Positions 11,571 to 21,713 of a stretch of DNA of 64,000 nt are shown here, in pieces. Made by a program: the position numbers and the translations under genes. How positions within the stretch are numbered: the first letter of the stretch is position 1; every line of letters begins with the position of its first letter. Origin of the DNA: Candidatus Micrarchaeota archaeon (GTDB lineage: Archaea > B1Sed10-29 > JAJRYS01); the NCBI GenBank assembly GCA_964643685.1, contig CAZXTN010000001.1:118737-182736 (forward strand), read 5' to 3'. The notes under the pieces were generated by a model. That model was not told where the DNA came from. It was given only the letters and a program-made list of their open reading frames with translations, and did no database searches.

Positions 11571-12560
11571 ATGGGAAAAAGAACAGGACCAAGACACGGT
11601 TCAAAAGCATTTTATCCAAGGGGAAAAGCTAAAAGGCAGTACGTTACAATAAACTCATACCCAGAATCAAGTAAAGCAAAGCTTCTCGGCTTTCCAGCTT
11701 ACAAGGCAGGAATGACAAGAGCAATTGCAACTGAAACATATGAGCATTCTCCAAAATACGGAAAAGAAGTTGCAATACCAGTGACAATCCTAGAAGCACC
11801 ACCAGTGTACGTATTTGCAGTAAGGCTTTATGAAAAAACAGCAGAAGGATTGAAAGCATTAACAGAAATTTACGCTGAAAAATTACCTAAAGAACTTGGA
11901 AGAAAAATAATCCTGCCTAAAAAATACGACTCTAAAAAAGAACTGGAAGAAGCTGAAAAACTCATTGAAAAAACAGCTGAAATAAGAGCAGTTGTATGCA
12001 CTCAGCCTAAAAAAATAAAACTCAAAAAAACACCTGAAATAATTGAAATAAAAATAGGCGGAGCAATAGAAGAAGCCTGGAATTACGCCAAAGAAAAGCT
12101 CGGAAAAGAAGTTCAAGCAAAAGAAGTCTTCGAAGAAGAAGGAAAAATGCTTGACATTGCAGGAGTAACAAAAGGAAAAGGAACACAAGGGCCAGTTAAA
12201 AGATTTGGAATAAAAGTACAAAGAAGAAAAGCACACGGCCACAGGAGACACCCAGGAGCAATTGGAGCATGGCACCCAGCAAGAGTACTATGGACCGCGC
12301 CAATGGCAGGACAAATGGGATATCAAAGGAGAACAGAACTCAACAAGCAACTTCTGAAAATAGGTGAAGATGGAAAAGAAGTAACACCAAAAGGAGGATT
12401 CACAAACTACGGAGAAGTAAACTCACCATACATCATGATAAAAGGTTCAATACCAGGGCCAAAAAAAAGACTGGTAATGACAAGAGAAGCAATCAGGAAA
12501 CAAAAAGAAAAACCACTGCCAGCAATCAAAGAAATAATAACACAATCACAACAAGGATGA
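11571..12560 (+). CDS. rpl3: ribosomal protein L3
   Basis: L3 family sequence; first gene of L3-L4-L23-L2 block. Confidence 0.9.
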   Translation: MGKRTGPRHGSKAFYPRGKAKRQYVTINSYPESSKAKLLGFPAYKAGMTRAIATETYEHSPKYGKEVAIPVTILEAPPVYVFAVRLYEKTAEGLKALTEIYAEKLPKELGRKIILPKKYDSKKELEEAEKLIEKTAEIRAVVCTQPKKIKLKKTPEIIEIKIGGAIEEAWNYAKEKLGKEVQAKEVFEEEGKMLDIAGVTKGKGTQGPVKRFGIKVQRRKAHGHRRHPGAIGAWHPARVLWTAPMAGQMGYQRRTELNKQLLKIGEDGKEVTPKGGFTNYGEVNSPYIMIKGSIPGPKKRLVMTREAIRKQKEKPLPAIKEIITQSQQG

Positions 12561-12597
12561 AGGGAAAATCAAACCCTTTCATTTGAAAGAAAAGTGA

Positions 12598-13398
12598 ATG
12601 AAAATGAAAGCAATTGTATATGACATTGAAGGAAAAGAAAAAGAAGAAATAGAACTGCCAGAAACATTTGAAGAAGCAGTACGCCCAGACATAATCAAAA
12701 GAGCATTCTTATCAATACGTTCAAAAGCATACCAAATCAAAGGAACAGACCCACTTGCAGGACTAAGGACATCAGCAACATACATCTCCAGAAGAAAAAG
12801 AGTATACAGGACAGCAATGAACATCGGAAGAGCAAGAGTAACAAGAATAAAAGAACCAGAAGCAAGATGGGGAGCAGCAAGAAGAGCATCACACGTAGTA
12901 AAAGGAAGAAGAGCACACCCACCAAAAGCAGAAAAAAAAATACAAGAAAAAATAAACAAGAAAGAAAACAAGAAAGCAATACGCTCAGCAATATCAGCAA
13001 CAGGAATAATAGAATGGGTGAAAAAAAGAGGACACTTAATCACAAAAATAAAACAACTGCCAATAATAATAGAAGACAAATTCCAAGAAATCAAAAAAAC
13101 AAAAGAAGCAAGAGAAGTGCTAAAAAAATTAAACCTCGAAGAGGACATAAAAAGAGCAGAGAAGAAAAAAATAAAAGCAGGAAAAGGAAAAACAAGAGGA
13201 AGAAAATACAAAAAGAAAAAATCAATACTAATAGTGATAAAAGAAGACAAAGGAATCAAAAAAGCAGCAAAAAACATACCAGGAGTAGAAATAGCAGAAG
13301 TGAAAGAACTTAATGCAGAACTGCTAGCACCAGGAGGACAACCAGGAAGACTCACAATATACACAAAATCAGCAATAGAAGAAATCAAAAAAATGTGA
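12598..13398 (+). CDS. rpl4: ribosomal protein L4
   Basis: L4/L1e family with K/E-rich insertion. Confidence 0.85.
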   Translation: MKMKAIVYDIEGKEKEEIELPETFEEAVRPDIIKRAFLSIRSKAYQIKGTDPLAGLRTSATYISRRKRVYRTAMNIGRARVTRIKEPEARWGAARRASHVVKGRRAHPPKAEKKIQEKINKKENKKAIRSAISATGIIEWVKKRGHLITKIKQLPIIIEDKFQEIKKTKEAREVLKKLNLEEDIKRAEKKKIKAGKGKTRGRKYKKKKSILIVIKEDKGIKKAAKNIPGVEIAEVKELNAELLAPGGQPGRLTIYTKSAIEEIKKM

Positions 13399-13405
13399 TT
13401 GAAAA

Positions 13406-13654
13406 ATGATAATAAAATACCCTTTACTAACAGAAAAAGCAGTAGGGCTCATTGAAAAAGAAAATAAAATAGCATTCATAGTCGACAAAAACGCCAACAA
13501 AGAAGAGATAAAAAAAGAAGTGGAAGAAAAATACGGCGTAAAAGTAGAAAAAGTAACAGTAGTAAATACTATGAAAGGAAGAAAAAAAGCATACATAAAG
13601 CTAAAGCCTGAATTCAAAGCAACAGACTTGGCTTTAAAACTCAAGATAATTTAA
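13406..13654 (+). CDS. rpl23: ribosomal protein L23
   Basis: 82 aa L23 family; synteny. Confidence 0.9.
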   Translation: MIIKYPLLTEKAVGLIEKENKIAFIVDKNANKEEIKKEVEEKYGVKVEKVTVVNTMKGRKKAYIKLKPEFKATDLALKLKII

Positions 13655-13667
13655 GGATGGTTGAAAA

Positions 13668-14378
13668 ATGGGAAAACCACTGATGACACAAAGAAGAGGA
13701 AAAGGAAGCCCAAGCTTCAAAGCACCTTCACACAGGTTCAAAACAGAAGCAAAATACAAAAAAGACGCTGAAGAAACAATTAAAGCAGAAGTAATGGGAT
13801 TCATAGACGACCCAGCAAGAACAACACTGTTAATGAAACTAAGATACGAAGATGGAGAAGAAGTGCTAATACCAGCTCCGGAAGGAATCAAAAAAGGAGA
13901 CGAAATAGAACAAGGGGAAAAAGCAAAAATTAAAATCGGAAGCATCCTTCCTCTTGAAAAAATACCAGAAGGATACCCAGTATTCAACATAGAATTAAGA
14001 GCAGGAGACGGTGGAAAAATATCACGCTCATCAGGAGCAGTATGCTATATAATATCAAAAGACAAGAAAAACGTGACAGTAAAACTGCCATCAGGCAGAT
14101 TAAAAAAATTCCCTCTAAAAGCAAGGGCAACAATCGGAAACGCAGCAGGAGGAGGAAGAACAAAAAAACCAATGCTAAAAGCAGGAATTAAAAGAAAAAA
14201 GAGGAAAGCGAGGGGACAGCTCTACCCAATAGTAAGAGGAGTAAAAATGAACCCAATTGAACACCCATACGGAGGAAAAGAACACCACGGTGCAAAACAA
14301 AGAAAAGGAAAAGGAGGAGCGCCAGGACAGCACGTCGGTTCATTCGGAGCAAAGAGAACAGGAAGAAGGAAAAAGTAA
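13668..14378 (+). CDS. rpl2: ribosomal protein L2
   Basis: L2 motifs (HPYGGKEHHG... GGRTKKP). Confidence 0.9.
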   Translation: MGKPLMTQRRGKGSPSFKAPSHRFKTEAKYKKDAEETIKAEVMGFIDDPARTTLLMKLRYEDGEEVLIPAPEGIKKGDEIEQGEKAKIKIGSILPLEKIPEGYPVFNIELRAGDGGKISRSSGAVCYIISKDKKNVTVKLPSGRLKKFPLKARATIGNAAGGGRTKKPMLKAGIKRKKRKARGQLYPIVRGVKMNPIEHPYGGKEHHGAKQRKGKGGAPGQHVGSFGAKRTGRRKK

Positions 14379-14390
14379 GAGTGGTAATAA

Positions 14391-14780
14391 ATGGCTAAAA
14401 AAGAATTCACATACAGAGGAAAAAAACTTGAAGAGCTTCAAAAAATGGACTTGGAGCAATTCGCAGAATTACTGCCAGCAGCGCAAAGAAGAAAAATCAA
14501 AAGAGGACTGAAAGAAGTTGAGAAAAAATTAATAAAAGAAGCTGAAAAACACAAAGGACACAAGCCAATAAGAACACACGCAAGAGACATGATAATAATT
14601 CCACAATTCGTTGGAAAAAAATTCGCAATACACAACGGAAAAGAATGGAATATCGTTGAAATAGCCCCTGAAATGATAGGACATGTAATGGGTGAATTTT
14701 CATTAACAAGAAAGAAAGTAAGCCACTCAGGACCAGGAATAGGAGCAACAAGAGGAACAAAATTCACATCAGTAAAATAA
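14391..14780 (+). CDS. rps19: ribosomal protein S19
   Basis: S19/S15e family; synteny. Confidence 0.9.
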   Translation: MAKKEFTYRGKKLEELQKMDLEQFAELLPAAQRRKIKRGLKEVEKKLIKEAEKHKGHKPIRTHARDMIIIPQFVGKKFAIHNGKEWNIVEIAPEMIGHVMGEFSLTRKKVSHSGPGIGATRGTKFTSVK

Positions 14781-14796
14781 AATAAGTGATTGAAAA

Positions 14797-15231
14797 ATGC
14801 CATACTCATACCAGAAATCAGAGAAAAAAACAGCAAAAGCATACGGAAAAGAAATAAACGTGTCATGGAAACAATGCAATGAAGTATGCAATTTCATTAA
14901 AGGAAAAAATGTAAACAAAGCAATAAAGTACCTCGAAAAAGTCACAAAAAAAGAAGAATTCATACCATACAGGAGGTACGTAAAAGGAGTTGGACACAGG
15001 ACAGGAGGACAAATAGGAAGATACCCAGTAAAAGCATCAAAAATAATAATAAAACTCCTTGAAAACGCAAAAGCAAATGCAGAATTCAAAAACTTAGAAG
15101 CTGATAAAATGAAAATAGAACACGCATCAGCATACAAAGCAATGACGCTTGACAGAATAAAGCCGAAAGGGAGAGCAAAAACACACAACATTGAATTGAC
15201 AAACATTGAAATAGTTTTAAAAGAGGCATAA
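14797..15231 (+). CDS. rpl22: ribosomal protein L22
   Basis: L22/L17e family; synteny. Confidence 0.9.
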   Translation: MPYSYQKSEKKTAKAYGKEINVSWKQCNEVCNFIKGKNVNKAIKYLEKVTKKEEFIPYRRYVKGVGHRTGGQIGRYPVKASKIIIKLLENAKANAEFKNLEADKMKIEHASAYKAMTLDRIKPKGRAKTHNIELTNIEIVLKEA

Positions 15232-15235
15232 GAAA

Positions 15236-16123
15236 ATGATTGAAAAAAAATTCATAAAAGAAGCAATGAAGCGCTTGAAAGCAAAGCAATACATTGAAAA
15301 AAACCTTGAAAGAGCAGGAGTAGTTGACGTCAAAATTCAAAGGACAACAATGGCAACAAGAATAGGCATAATCGCAGAAAGGCCAGGCTTAGTTATAGGG
15401 AGAAAAGGAGCAGGCATAAAAGACATAGGCGAACAAATAGAAAAAGAGCTTGGAATAGAAAACCCACAAATAGAAGTCACAGACGTCAGAAAACCTAACC
15501 TTGAACCAAAAGTCATAGCAAATTACATCAAAAGCGCTTTAGAAAGAGGAAACAAGCCAAGAAAAGTAGCAAAATACGCTCTGTCAAGAATAATGAAAGC
15601 AGGAGCAATGGGAGCAGAAGTAATAATCAAAGGAACATCAGGAAAAGGAGGCAGAAGCAGAAAAGAAAGAGCCTTCGCAGGATACATGAAAAAAGCAGGA
15701 GATTCAGTAAAACAAGTAAAAGAAGCAAAAGAACAAGCAAAACTAAAACAAGGAGCACTTGGAATAATAGTAAGAATAGTACCACCAGAAGTAATATTCC
15801 CGGACAAAATAGAAATCAAAAAAACAGGGCTTGAAGAAATCACAGAAGAAATAAAACCAACACTAGAAGAAAAACAAGCAGCTGAAATAGCAACAGAAAG
15901 CAAAGGAATAGAAGAAATAGCAGAAGAAGTAAAACCAACAAAAGCAGAAGAAAAAACAACAAAAGAAACACTAAAAGAAACAGCTGAAAAAACAATAGAA
16001 GAAGAAAAAAAAGAAAAAAAGAAAAAAACACCTGCAAAAGCAAAAGAAAAAACAGAAGAAAAAAAGACATCAACAAAAAAGAAAACAACAAAGAAAAAAA
16101 CAAAAAAAGAAGAAAAAGAATGA
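15236..16123 (+). CDS. rps3: ribosomal protein S3 with long E/K-rich C-terminal tail
   Basis: KH domain S3 core plus ~110 aa low-complexity tail containing KPTLEEKQAAE module. Confidence 0.9.
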   Translation: MIEKKFIKEAMKRLKAKQYIEKNLERAGVVDVKIQRTTMATRIGIIAERPGLVIGRKGAGIKDIGEQIEKELGIENPQIEVTDVRKPNLEPKVIANYIKSALERGNKPRKVAKYALSRIMKAGAMGAEVIIKGTSGKGGRSRKERAFAGYMKKAGDSVKQVKEAKEQAKLKQGALGIIVRIVPPEVIFPDKIEIKKTGLEEITEEIKPTLEEKQAAEIATESKGIEEIAEEVKPTKAEEKTTKETLKETAEKTIEEEKKEKKKKTPAKAKEKTEEKKTSTKKKTTKKKTKKEEKE

Positions 16124-16129
16124 TGCTTA

Positions 16130-16351
16130 ATGGCAATATACAAAGCAAAAGAATTAAGAGCAATGACAAAAGAAGAGCTTAATGAAAAGCTCCAGCAACT
16201 TGAAACAGAGTTAGGAAGAGAAAAAGGAGCAGTAGCAAGCGGAACAAAACCAGAAAATCCTGGAAAAATAAGAGAAATGAGAAAAACAATAGCAAGAATA
16301 CTTACAATAATGAAAGAAAAGCAAAAACTAGAGGTGAAGCCCAAGAAATGA
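16130..16351 (+). CDS. rpl29: ribosomal protein L29
   Basis: 73 aa L29/L35e; synteny. Confidence 0.85.
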   Translation: MAIYKAKELRAMTKEELNEKLQQLETELGREKGAVASGTKPENPGKIREMRKTIARILTIMKEKQKLEVKPKK

Positions 16352-16653
16352 GTAACATATGCCCAAAATGCGGGCTGCCAAAAGACATATGCGTCTGCGA
16401 CGAAATAACAAAAGACAAAGAGAAAATAAAGATAAAAATCGAGCAGAAAAAATACAGAAAAAAATACACGATCATAGAAGGATTTGACAAAGACACAGAC
16501 ATCAAAAAAATAGCAAAAGAACTTAAAAACAAACTCGCATGCGGAGGAACAGCAAAAGAGAAACACATCGAACTACAAGGAGACCACAGAGACAAAGTCA
16601 AACAAATCCTCTTAAAAATGAACTACACAGAAGAACAAATTGATGTTCAATGA
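16348..16653 (+). CDS. translation initiation factor SUI1 (aIF1) with N-terminal zinc ribbon
   Basis: CPKCG...CVCD then SUI1 domain (GFDKDTDIKKIAKELKNKLACGGT). Confidence 0.8.
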   Translation: MSNICPKCGLPKDICVCDEITKDKEKIKIKIEQKKYRKKYTIIEGFDKDTDIKKIAKELKNKLACGGTAKEKHIELQGDHRDKVKQILLKMNYTEEQIDVQ

Positions 16654-16913
16654 ACAAAAAAGAAATCATACTAGGAGAAATAATTGGAAAAAAAGTAAAA
16701 ATTACAAAAAGCACTTCAAAAGAAATGATCGGCAGAACAGGAAAAATAATAGACGAAACAATGAAAACAATCATAATAGAAGAAAAAGGAAAAAAAACAA
16801 TAATTCCAAAAAAAGGAACAACATTTGAAATAGAAGGAGTTGAAATACAAGGAAAAGGAATAGCATACAGGCCAGAAGAAAGAACCAAGAAAAACTGGAG
16901 GAAATTCAAATGA
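16650..16913 (+). CDS. rnp1: RNase P protein component 1 (Rpp29/Pop4 homologue)
   Basis: Rpp29-like 87 aa (GKKVKITKSTSKEMIGRTGKIIDET); conserved position before S17. Confidence 0.7.
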   Translation: MNKKEIILGEIIGKKVKITKSTSKEMIGRTGKIIDETMKTIIIEEKGKKTIIPKKGTTFEIEGVEIQGKGIAYRPEERTKKNWRKFK

Positions 16914-17173
16914 AAAAAAACACAAAAATCAAAGTAAGAGGAAACATAATAGAAGGAATAGTGGTAAGCACAAAGCCAAAAAACACAGCAATCATACAAA
17001 GAGAATACTTCAAGTTCATCCCAAAATACGAAAGATATGAAAGGAGAAAAAGTAAAATAAACGCTCATTTGCCAGAAGGAATGGAAGTAAAAGTAGGAGA
17101 CAAAGTAAAAATAGGGGAAACAAGAAAAATCAGCAAAACAAAAAGCTTCATAGTCCTAGAAAAAATAGAGTGA
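16910..17173 (+). CDS. rps17: ribosomal protein S17
   Basis: S17/S11e family; synteny. Confidence 0.9.
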   Translation: MKKNTKIKVRGNIIEGIVVSTKPKNTAIIQREYFKFIPKYERYERRKSKINAHLPEGMEVKVGDKVKIGETRKISKTKSFIVLEKIE

Positions 17174-17180
17174 TGACAAA

Positions 17181-17579
17181 ATGAAAGGAATATCAACTAA
17201 AATCAACGGAGGATTGACAATCGGCTCAGTAATAAAAGTAGACGACAACTCAGGAGCCAAAAAACTAAGAATAATAGGAAAAGAAGGATACCAAGGAAGA
17301 AGAAAAAGAATACCAGGAATAGGAATAGGGCAAATCTTCTTCGGCTCAGTCATCGCAGGAAAAAAAGACCTAAGGAAAAAAATAGTAAGGGCAGTTGTAA
17401 TAAGACAAAGAAAACCTTTCAAAAGAGCAAACGGACTGACAGTCCAATTCGAAGACAACGCATGCGTAATAATCACAGACAAAAACGAGCCAAAAGCTTC
17501 TGAAATAAAAGGAGTAGTGGCAAAAGAAATAGGAGAAAAATACCCAAAAATATCAACAATCGCAAAAAACGTAGTATAA
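17181..17579 (+). CDS. rpl14: ribosomal protein L14
   Basis: L14/L23e family. Confidence 0.9.
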   Translation: MKGISTKINGGLTIGSVIKVDDNSGAKKLRIIGKEGYQGRRKRIPGIGIGQIFFGSVIAGKKDLRKKIVRAVVIRQRKPFKRANGLTVQFEDNACVIITDKNEPKASEIKGVVAKEIGEKYPKISTIAKNVV

Positions 17580-17590
17580 AGTGATAATCA

Positions 17591-17947
17591 ATGACAATCG
17601 CAACTAAACCAAGAACGCAGAGAAGAAACTTGTACAACCTGCCAATGCACAAGAGAAGAAAACAAGTAAGCGCAGGGCTAAGTAAAGAATTGAAAAAAGA
17701 ATACGGAAAAAACAGCGTGCCAATTGTAAAAGAAGACGTAGTCAAGATAATAAGAGGAGAATACAAAGGAAAAAAAGGAAAAGTAGTAAGAGTAAACTTG
17801 AAAAACTATAAAATATACGTTGAAGGAATCACAGTAAAAAAACCAGATGGAAAAGAAGAACACATTGCAATAAGCCCATCAAACGTCATGATAATAGAAT
17901 TGAATTTAAAAGATGAGAAAAGAAAACAATCTATAAAGAGGAAATAA
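17591..17947 (+). CDS. rpl24: ribosomal protein L24
   Basis: KOW-domain L24/L26e. Confidence 0.9.
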   Translation: MTIATKPRTQRRNLYNLPMHKRRKQVSAGLSKELKKEYGKNSVPIVKEDVVKIIRGEYKGKKGKVVRVNLKNYKIYVEGITVKKPDGKEEHIAISPSNVMIIELNLKDEKRKQSIKRK

Positions 17948-17949
17948 AT

Positions 17950-18669
17950 ATGGGAAGCAAAGGAGGAAAAAACCACTTGAAAAGGCTCGCGACGCCTAAA
18001 AAAGTAAAAATACTTAGAAAAAACACTGTCTGGACAGTAAGAGGAAACCCAGGAGCACACAAGCTCACAGAATCAGTGCCACTAACAACAATCATCAGAG
18101 ACTACCTGGGATACGCAAAAACAGCAAAAGAAGCTGAAAAAATAATCAAAGAAAAAAAAGTATTAATTGACAAAAAACCAGAAACAAACCCAAAAAGAAC
18201 AGTTGGATTCATGGACTTAATAGACATCCCCCTTACAAAAGAACAATACAGAGTAACGCTTGACAACAAAGGAAGAATAATCCTCAAAAAAATAGAAAAG
18301 CCAACAGACTTCAAACTAGTCAAAATCAAAGGCAAAAAAATCCTCAAAAAAGGAACAACACAACTAAACCTCCACGACAACAGAAACATACTCGTAAAAA
18401 ACGACACTTACAAAGTAGGAGACGTCCTGAAAATAAAATTACCAAACCAAGAAATTGAAAAACACTTGAAAATGGAAAAAGGAAACATAGCATATATAAC
18501 AAAAGGAAAACACGCAGGAAAAACAGGAAAAATAACAAACATAGAAAAAGGAACCCTTCAAAGAAAACCACTAGTAACAATCAAAAAAGATGAACAAGAA
18601 TTCACAACAAGAAAAGACAACATCTTCATCATAGGAGAAAAAACAAGCGAACTTGAAACGATAGAATAA
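17950..18669 (+). CDS. rps4e: ribosomal protein S4e
   Basis: S4e family; synteny. Confidence 0.9.
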   Translation: MGSKGGKNHLKRLATPKKVKILRKNTVWTVRGNPGAHKLTESVPLTTIIRDYLGYAKTAKEAEKIIKEKKVLIDKKPETNPKRTVGFMDLIDIPLTKEQYRVTLDNKGRIILKKIEKPTDFKLVKIKGKKILKKGTTQLNLHDNRNILVKNDTYKVGDVLKIKLPNQEIEKHLKMEKGNIAYITKGKHAGKTGKITNIEKGTLQRKPLVTIKKDEQEFTTRKDNIFIIGEKTSELETIE

Positions 18670-18689
18670 AAAAAAGAGATGAAAAACAA

Positions 18690-19181
18690 ATGATATCCAT
18701 TGAAAAAGTCACAATCAACATAGGAGTCGGGCAAGCAGGAGAACAAATGGAAAAAGCCAAAAAGCTAATTGAAAAACTAACAGGACAAAAAGCAATAGAA
18801 AGGCACACACAAAAAAGAATACCAACCTGGGGAGTCAGAAAAGGACTAGCAATAGGAGCAAAAACAACACTAAGAAAACAAAAAGCAGAAGAATTCCTAA
18901 AAAAATGCCTAGACGCAGTTGACAACAAAATCAAATCAAAATCATTCGATGAATATGGAAACTTCGGATTCGGGGTAAAAGAATACATAGACCTACCAGG
19001 AGTAAAATACGACCCAGAAATAGGAATGTTTGGATTCGACGTAAACGTGACAATGAAAAAATGGGGATACAGAAACACAAAAAGAAAAATAAAACAAACA
19101 AAAATACCAAAAAAACACAGGGTTACAAAACAAGAAGCAATTGATTACATGAAGCAAAAATACAACGTAGAGGTGGAATAA
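18690..19181 (+). CDS. rpl5: ribosomal protein L5
   Basis: L5/L11e family. Confidence 0.9.
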   Translation: MISIEKVTINIGVGQAGEQMEKAKKLIEKLTGQKAIERHTQKRIPTWGVRKGLAIGAKTTLRKQKAEEFLKKCLDAVDNKIKSKSFDEYGNFGFGVKEYIDLPGVKYDPEIGMFGFDVNVTMKKWGYRNTKRKIKQTKIPKKHRVTKQEAIDYMKQKYNVEVE

Positions 19182-19355
19182 TTGACAAAAGTAAAAGAAA
19201 AGCAAACATACAAGCACCCAAGAGCAGGTGAACCAGGAAGATACTGCGAAATCTGCGGAAGAAACAGGGGACTAGTAAGAAGATACGGCTTAACCTTATG
19301 CAGGCAATGCTTCAAAGCAAAAGCAAAAGAATTAGGCTTCGAAAAATACAACTAA
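19182..19355 (+). CDS. rps14: ribosomal protein S14 (zinc-binding type, S29e); below 60-aa ORF cutoff
   Basis: TTG start immediately after rpl5 stop; [22 protein letters not shown] zinc ribbon typical of S14 type Z. Confidence 0.85.
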   Translation: MTKVKEKQTYKHPRAGEPGRYCEICGRNRGLVRRYGLTLCRQCFKAKAKELGFEKYN

Positions 19356-19373
19356 AAAAAAGAGGGCTTAAAA

Positions 19374-19760
19374 ATGGCAGACAACTTAACAAACGCATTA
19401 ATCAACATAAAAAACAACGAAAACGCTGGAAAAAAAGAGTGCATAATAAAACCAGCATCCAAGCTAATCGGAGGAGTGCTGAAAATAATACAAAAAGAAG
19501 GATACATCGGCAAATATGAATACATCGAAGACGGAAAAGCAGGACAATACAAAGTCCAGCTAATAGGAAAAATCAACAACTGCAAAGCAATCAAGCCAAG
19601 ATACGCAGTAAAAAAAGACGAGTATGCAAAATGGGAGCAAAGATACCTCCCATCAAAAAACTTAGGAATACTCATAATCTCAACACCTAAAGGGCTAATG
19701 ACACAACACGAAGCAAAAAAAGCAGGAACAGGTGGAAAACTAATAGCATACATATACTAA
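19374..19760 (+). CDS. rps8: ribosomal protein S8
   Basis: S8/S15Ae family. Confidence 0.9.
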   Translation: MADNLTNALINIKNNENAGKKECIIKPASKLIGGVLKIIQKEGYIGKYEYIEDGKAGQYKVQLIGKINNCKAIKPRYAVKKDEYAKWEQRYLPSKNLGILIISTPKGLMTQHEAKKAGTGGKLIAYIY

Positions 19761-19777
19761 AAATCAAGTGATAACAG

Positions 19778-20302
19778 ATGGTAAAATACGAAATTGAAAT
19801 CCCAGAAGAAGTGGAAATAAAAATAGAAAAGAACAAGGTAACAGTAAAAGGACCACTAGGACAAGTTGAAAGGGAATTCAAACTAAACGGAATAAAAACA
19901 ATACTGGAAAAAGACAAACTTACTCTTCAAAAAGAAGAAGCCAGAAAAAAACAAAAAGCATACCTTGGAAGCGTAAGAGCACACATCAAAAACATGATAA
20001 AAGGAGTAACAAAAGGACACACTTACCAGTTAAAAATAGTCTACAAGCACTTCCCAATAAACGTGGCACTGCAAGGAAACCAACTAGCAATCAAAAACTT
20101 CGCAGGAGAAAAAAAGCCAAGATTTGCAAAAATATTAGATGGAGTAAAAGTAGACATAAACAACAACATAATAGAACTAACAGGAATAGACATTGAAAAA
20201 GTAGGACAAACAGCAGCAAACATAGAACAAAAAACAAGAATAAAAGACAAAGACATAAGAATCTTCCAAGACGGAATATTCATCATAAAAAAATCAAATT
20301 AA
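19778..20302 (+). CDS. rpl6: ribosomal protein L6
   Basis: L6/L9e family. Confidence 0.9.
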   Translation: MVKYEIEIPEEVEIKIEKNKVTVKGPLGQVEREFKLNGIKTILEKDKLTLQKEEARKKQKAYLGSVRAHIKNMIKGVTKGHTYQLKIVYKHFPINVALQGNQLAIKNFAGEKKPRFAKILDGVKVDINNNIIELTGIDIEKVGQTAANIEQKTRIKDKDIRIFQDGIFIIKKSN

Positions 20303-20320
20303 TCCCGGTGAAAACAAAAA

Positions 20321-20785
20321 ATGATTAAAAAATTAAAAAAACCAAAATTCCACAGGCAAAACAGCCAAGTAAAAAAAAGACAAGGCACAAGATGGAGAAA
20401 ACCAAAAGGAATAGACTCCAAACAAAGAGAAGGCCACAAATCAAGAGGAGCAAAACCAACAACAGGATACAGACAGCCTAAAAAAATAAGAGGACTCCAC
20501 CCATCAGGATACGAAGAAATACTAATCACAAACTTAAAGCAAATAGAACAAATCAACCCAGAAAAACAAGCAATAAGAATAAGCTCCTCAATAGGAGCAA
20601 AAAAGAAACAAGAAATAGTGAAAAAAGTACAAGAGAAAAAAATCAAGATATTAAACCCAAAAATAAACAAGAAAAAAACAAAAACAGCAGACAAAAAAGA
20701 AGAAACTGAAAAAAAGAAAGAGAAAGACGAAAAGAAAAAACAAGAAAAAGCAACTCCTGAAAAAGAAAAAGGTGAAAAGAAATGA
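20321..20785 (+). CDS. rpl32e: ribosomal protein L32e with K/E-rich C-terminal extension
   Basis: L32e family N-terminal domain. Confidence 0.85.
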   Translation: MIKKLKKPKFHRQNSQVKKRQGTRWRKPKGIDSKQREGHKSRGAKPTTGYRQPKKIRGLHPSGYEEILITNLKQIEQINPEKQAIRISSSIGAKKKQEIVKKVQEKKIKILNPKINKKKTKTADKKEETEKKKEKDEKKKQEKATPEKEKGEKK

Positions 20786-21225
20786 ATTTGAACCAAGTGA
20801 AAGAAATAGGAAAAAAAGTCTTAAAAGCAGGGAAAAAAAGAATAAAAATAAGAAAGCCTGAAGAAGCACTGCAAGCAATGACAAGAGACGATGTAAGAGA
20901 CTTGGTTAAAAAAGGAGTTGTTGAAAAAAAGAAGAAAAAAGGAACAAGCAGAATAAGAGCAAAAAAAATAAAAGAACAGAAAAAGAAAGGCAGGAAAAAA
21001 GGAAAAGGAAAAAGAAAAGGAGCAACAGGAGCAAGAACAAACAAGAAAGAGAAATGGATGACAAAAATAAGGTCGCAAAGAAAATACTTAAGAGAAATAA
21101 AACCAAAACTAAAAGAAGACGCTTACAGAAAACTATACTTAATGTGCAAAGGAGGATACTTCAGAAGCAAAGCACACCTCAACCTGTACATAAAAGAAAA
21201 AAAATTATGGAAACAAAACAAATAA
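20782..21225 (+). CDS. rpl19e: ribosomal protein L19e
   Basis: L19e family (basic, KRKGATGARTNKKEKW...). Confidence 0.85.
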   Translation: MNLNQVKEIGKKVLKAGKKRIKIRKPEEALQAMTRDDVRDLVKKGVVEKKKKKGTSRIRAKKIKEQKKKGRKKGKGKRKGATGARTNKKEKWMTKIRSQRKYLREIKPKLKEDAYRKLYLMCKGGYFRSKAHLNLYIKEKKLWKQNK

Positions 21226-21237
21226 AAATGATGAAAA

Positions 21238-21702
21238 ATGGCAAGCAAAACAACATACAAGGTAAAATTTAAGAGAAGAAGAGAAGGAAAAACAGACTAC
21301 GCAAAAAGACTAAGGCTGCTTAAAGGAAAAAAAGAAAGAGCAGTCATAAGAATAACGAACAACAATGTAATCGTGCAAGTAATCAAATACGTGCCAAAAG
21401 GAGACGAGACAATAATAAACACAACAGCACTTGAACTAAAAAAATACGGATACAAAGGACACAAAGGAAACAAAAAAGCAGCATACTTAACAGGATACTT
21501 ATGCGGCAAAAAAGCAGTAAAAAAAGGAGTAAAAGAAGCAATAGCAGACATTGGATTAAAAACACCAGTGCACAAGTCAAACGTGTTCGCAGCAATAAAA
21601 GGACTCACAGATGCAGGGTTAAAAATGAATTACAAAGAACAAGCAATTCCTGAAGTAACTGAAACCGAGAACATTAAAAACGAAATTGATAAAAAATATT
21701 AA
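21238..21702 (+). CDS. rpl18: ribosomal protein L18
   Basis: L18/L5e family. Confidence 0.9.
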   Translation: MASKTTYKVKFKRRREGKTDYAKRLRLLKGKKERAVIRITNNNVIVQVIKYVPKGDETIINTTALELKKYGYKGHKGNKKAAYLTGYLCGKKAVKKGVKEAIADIGLKTPVHKSNVFAAIKGLTDAGLKMNYKEQAIPEVTETENIKNEIDKKY

Positions 21703-21713
21703 GGGATGAAAAA

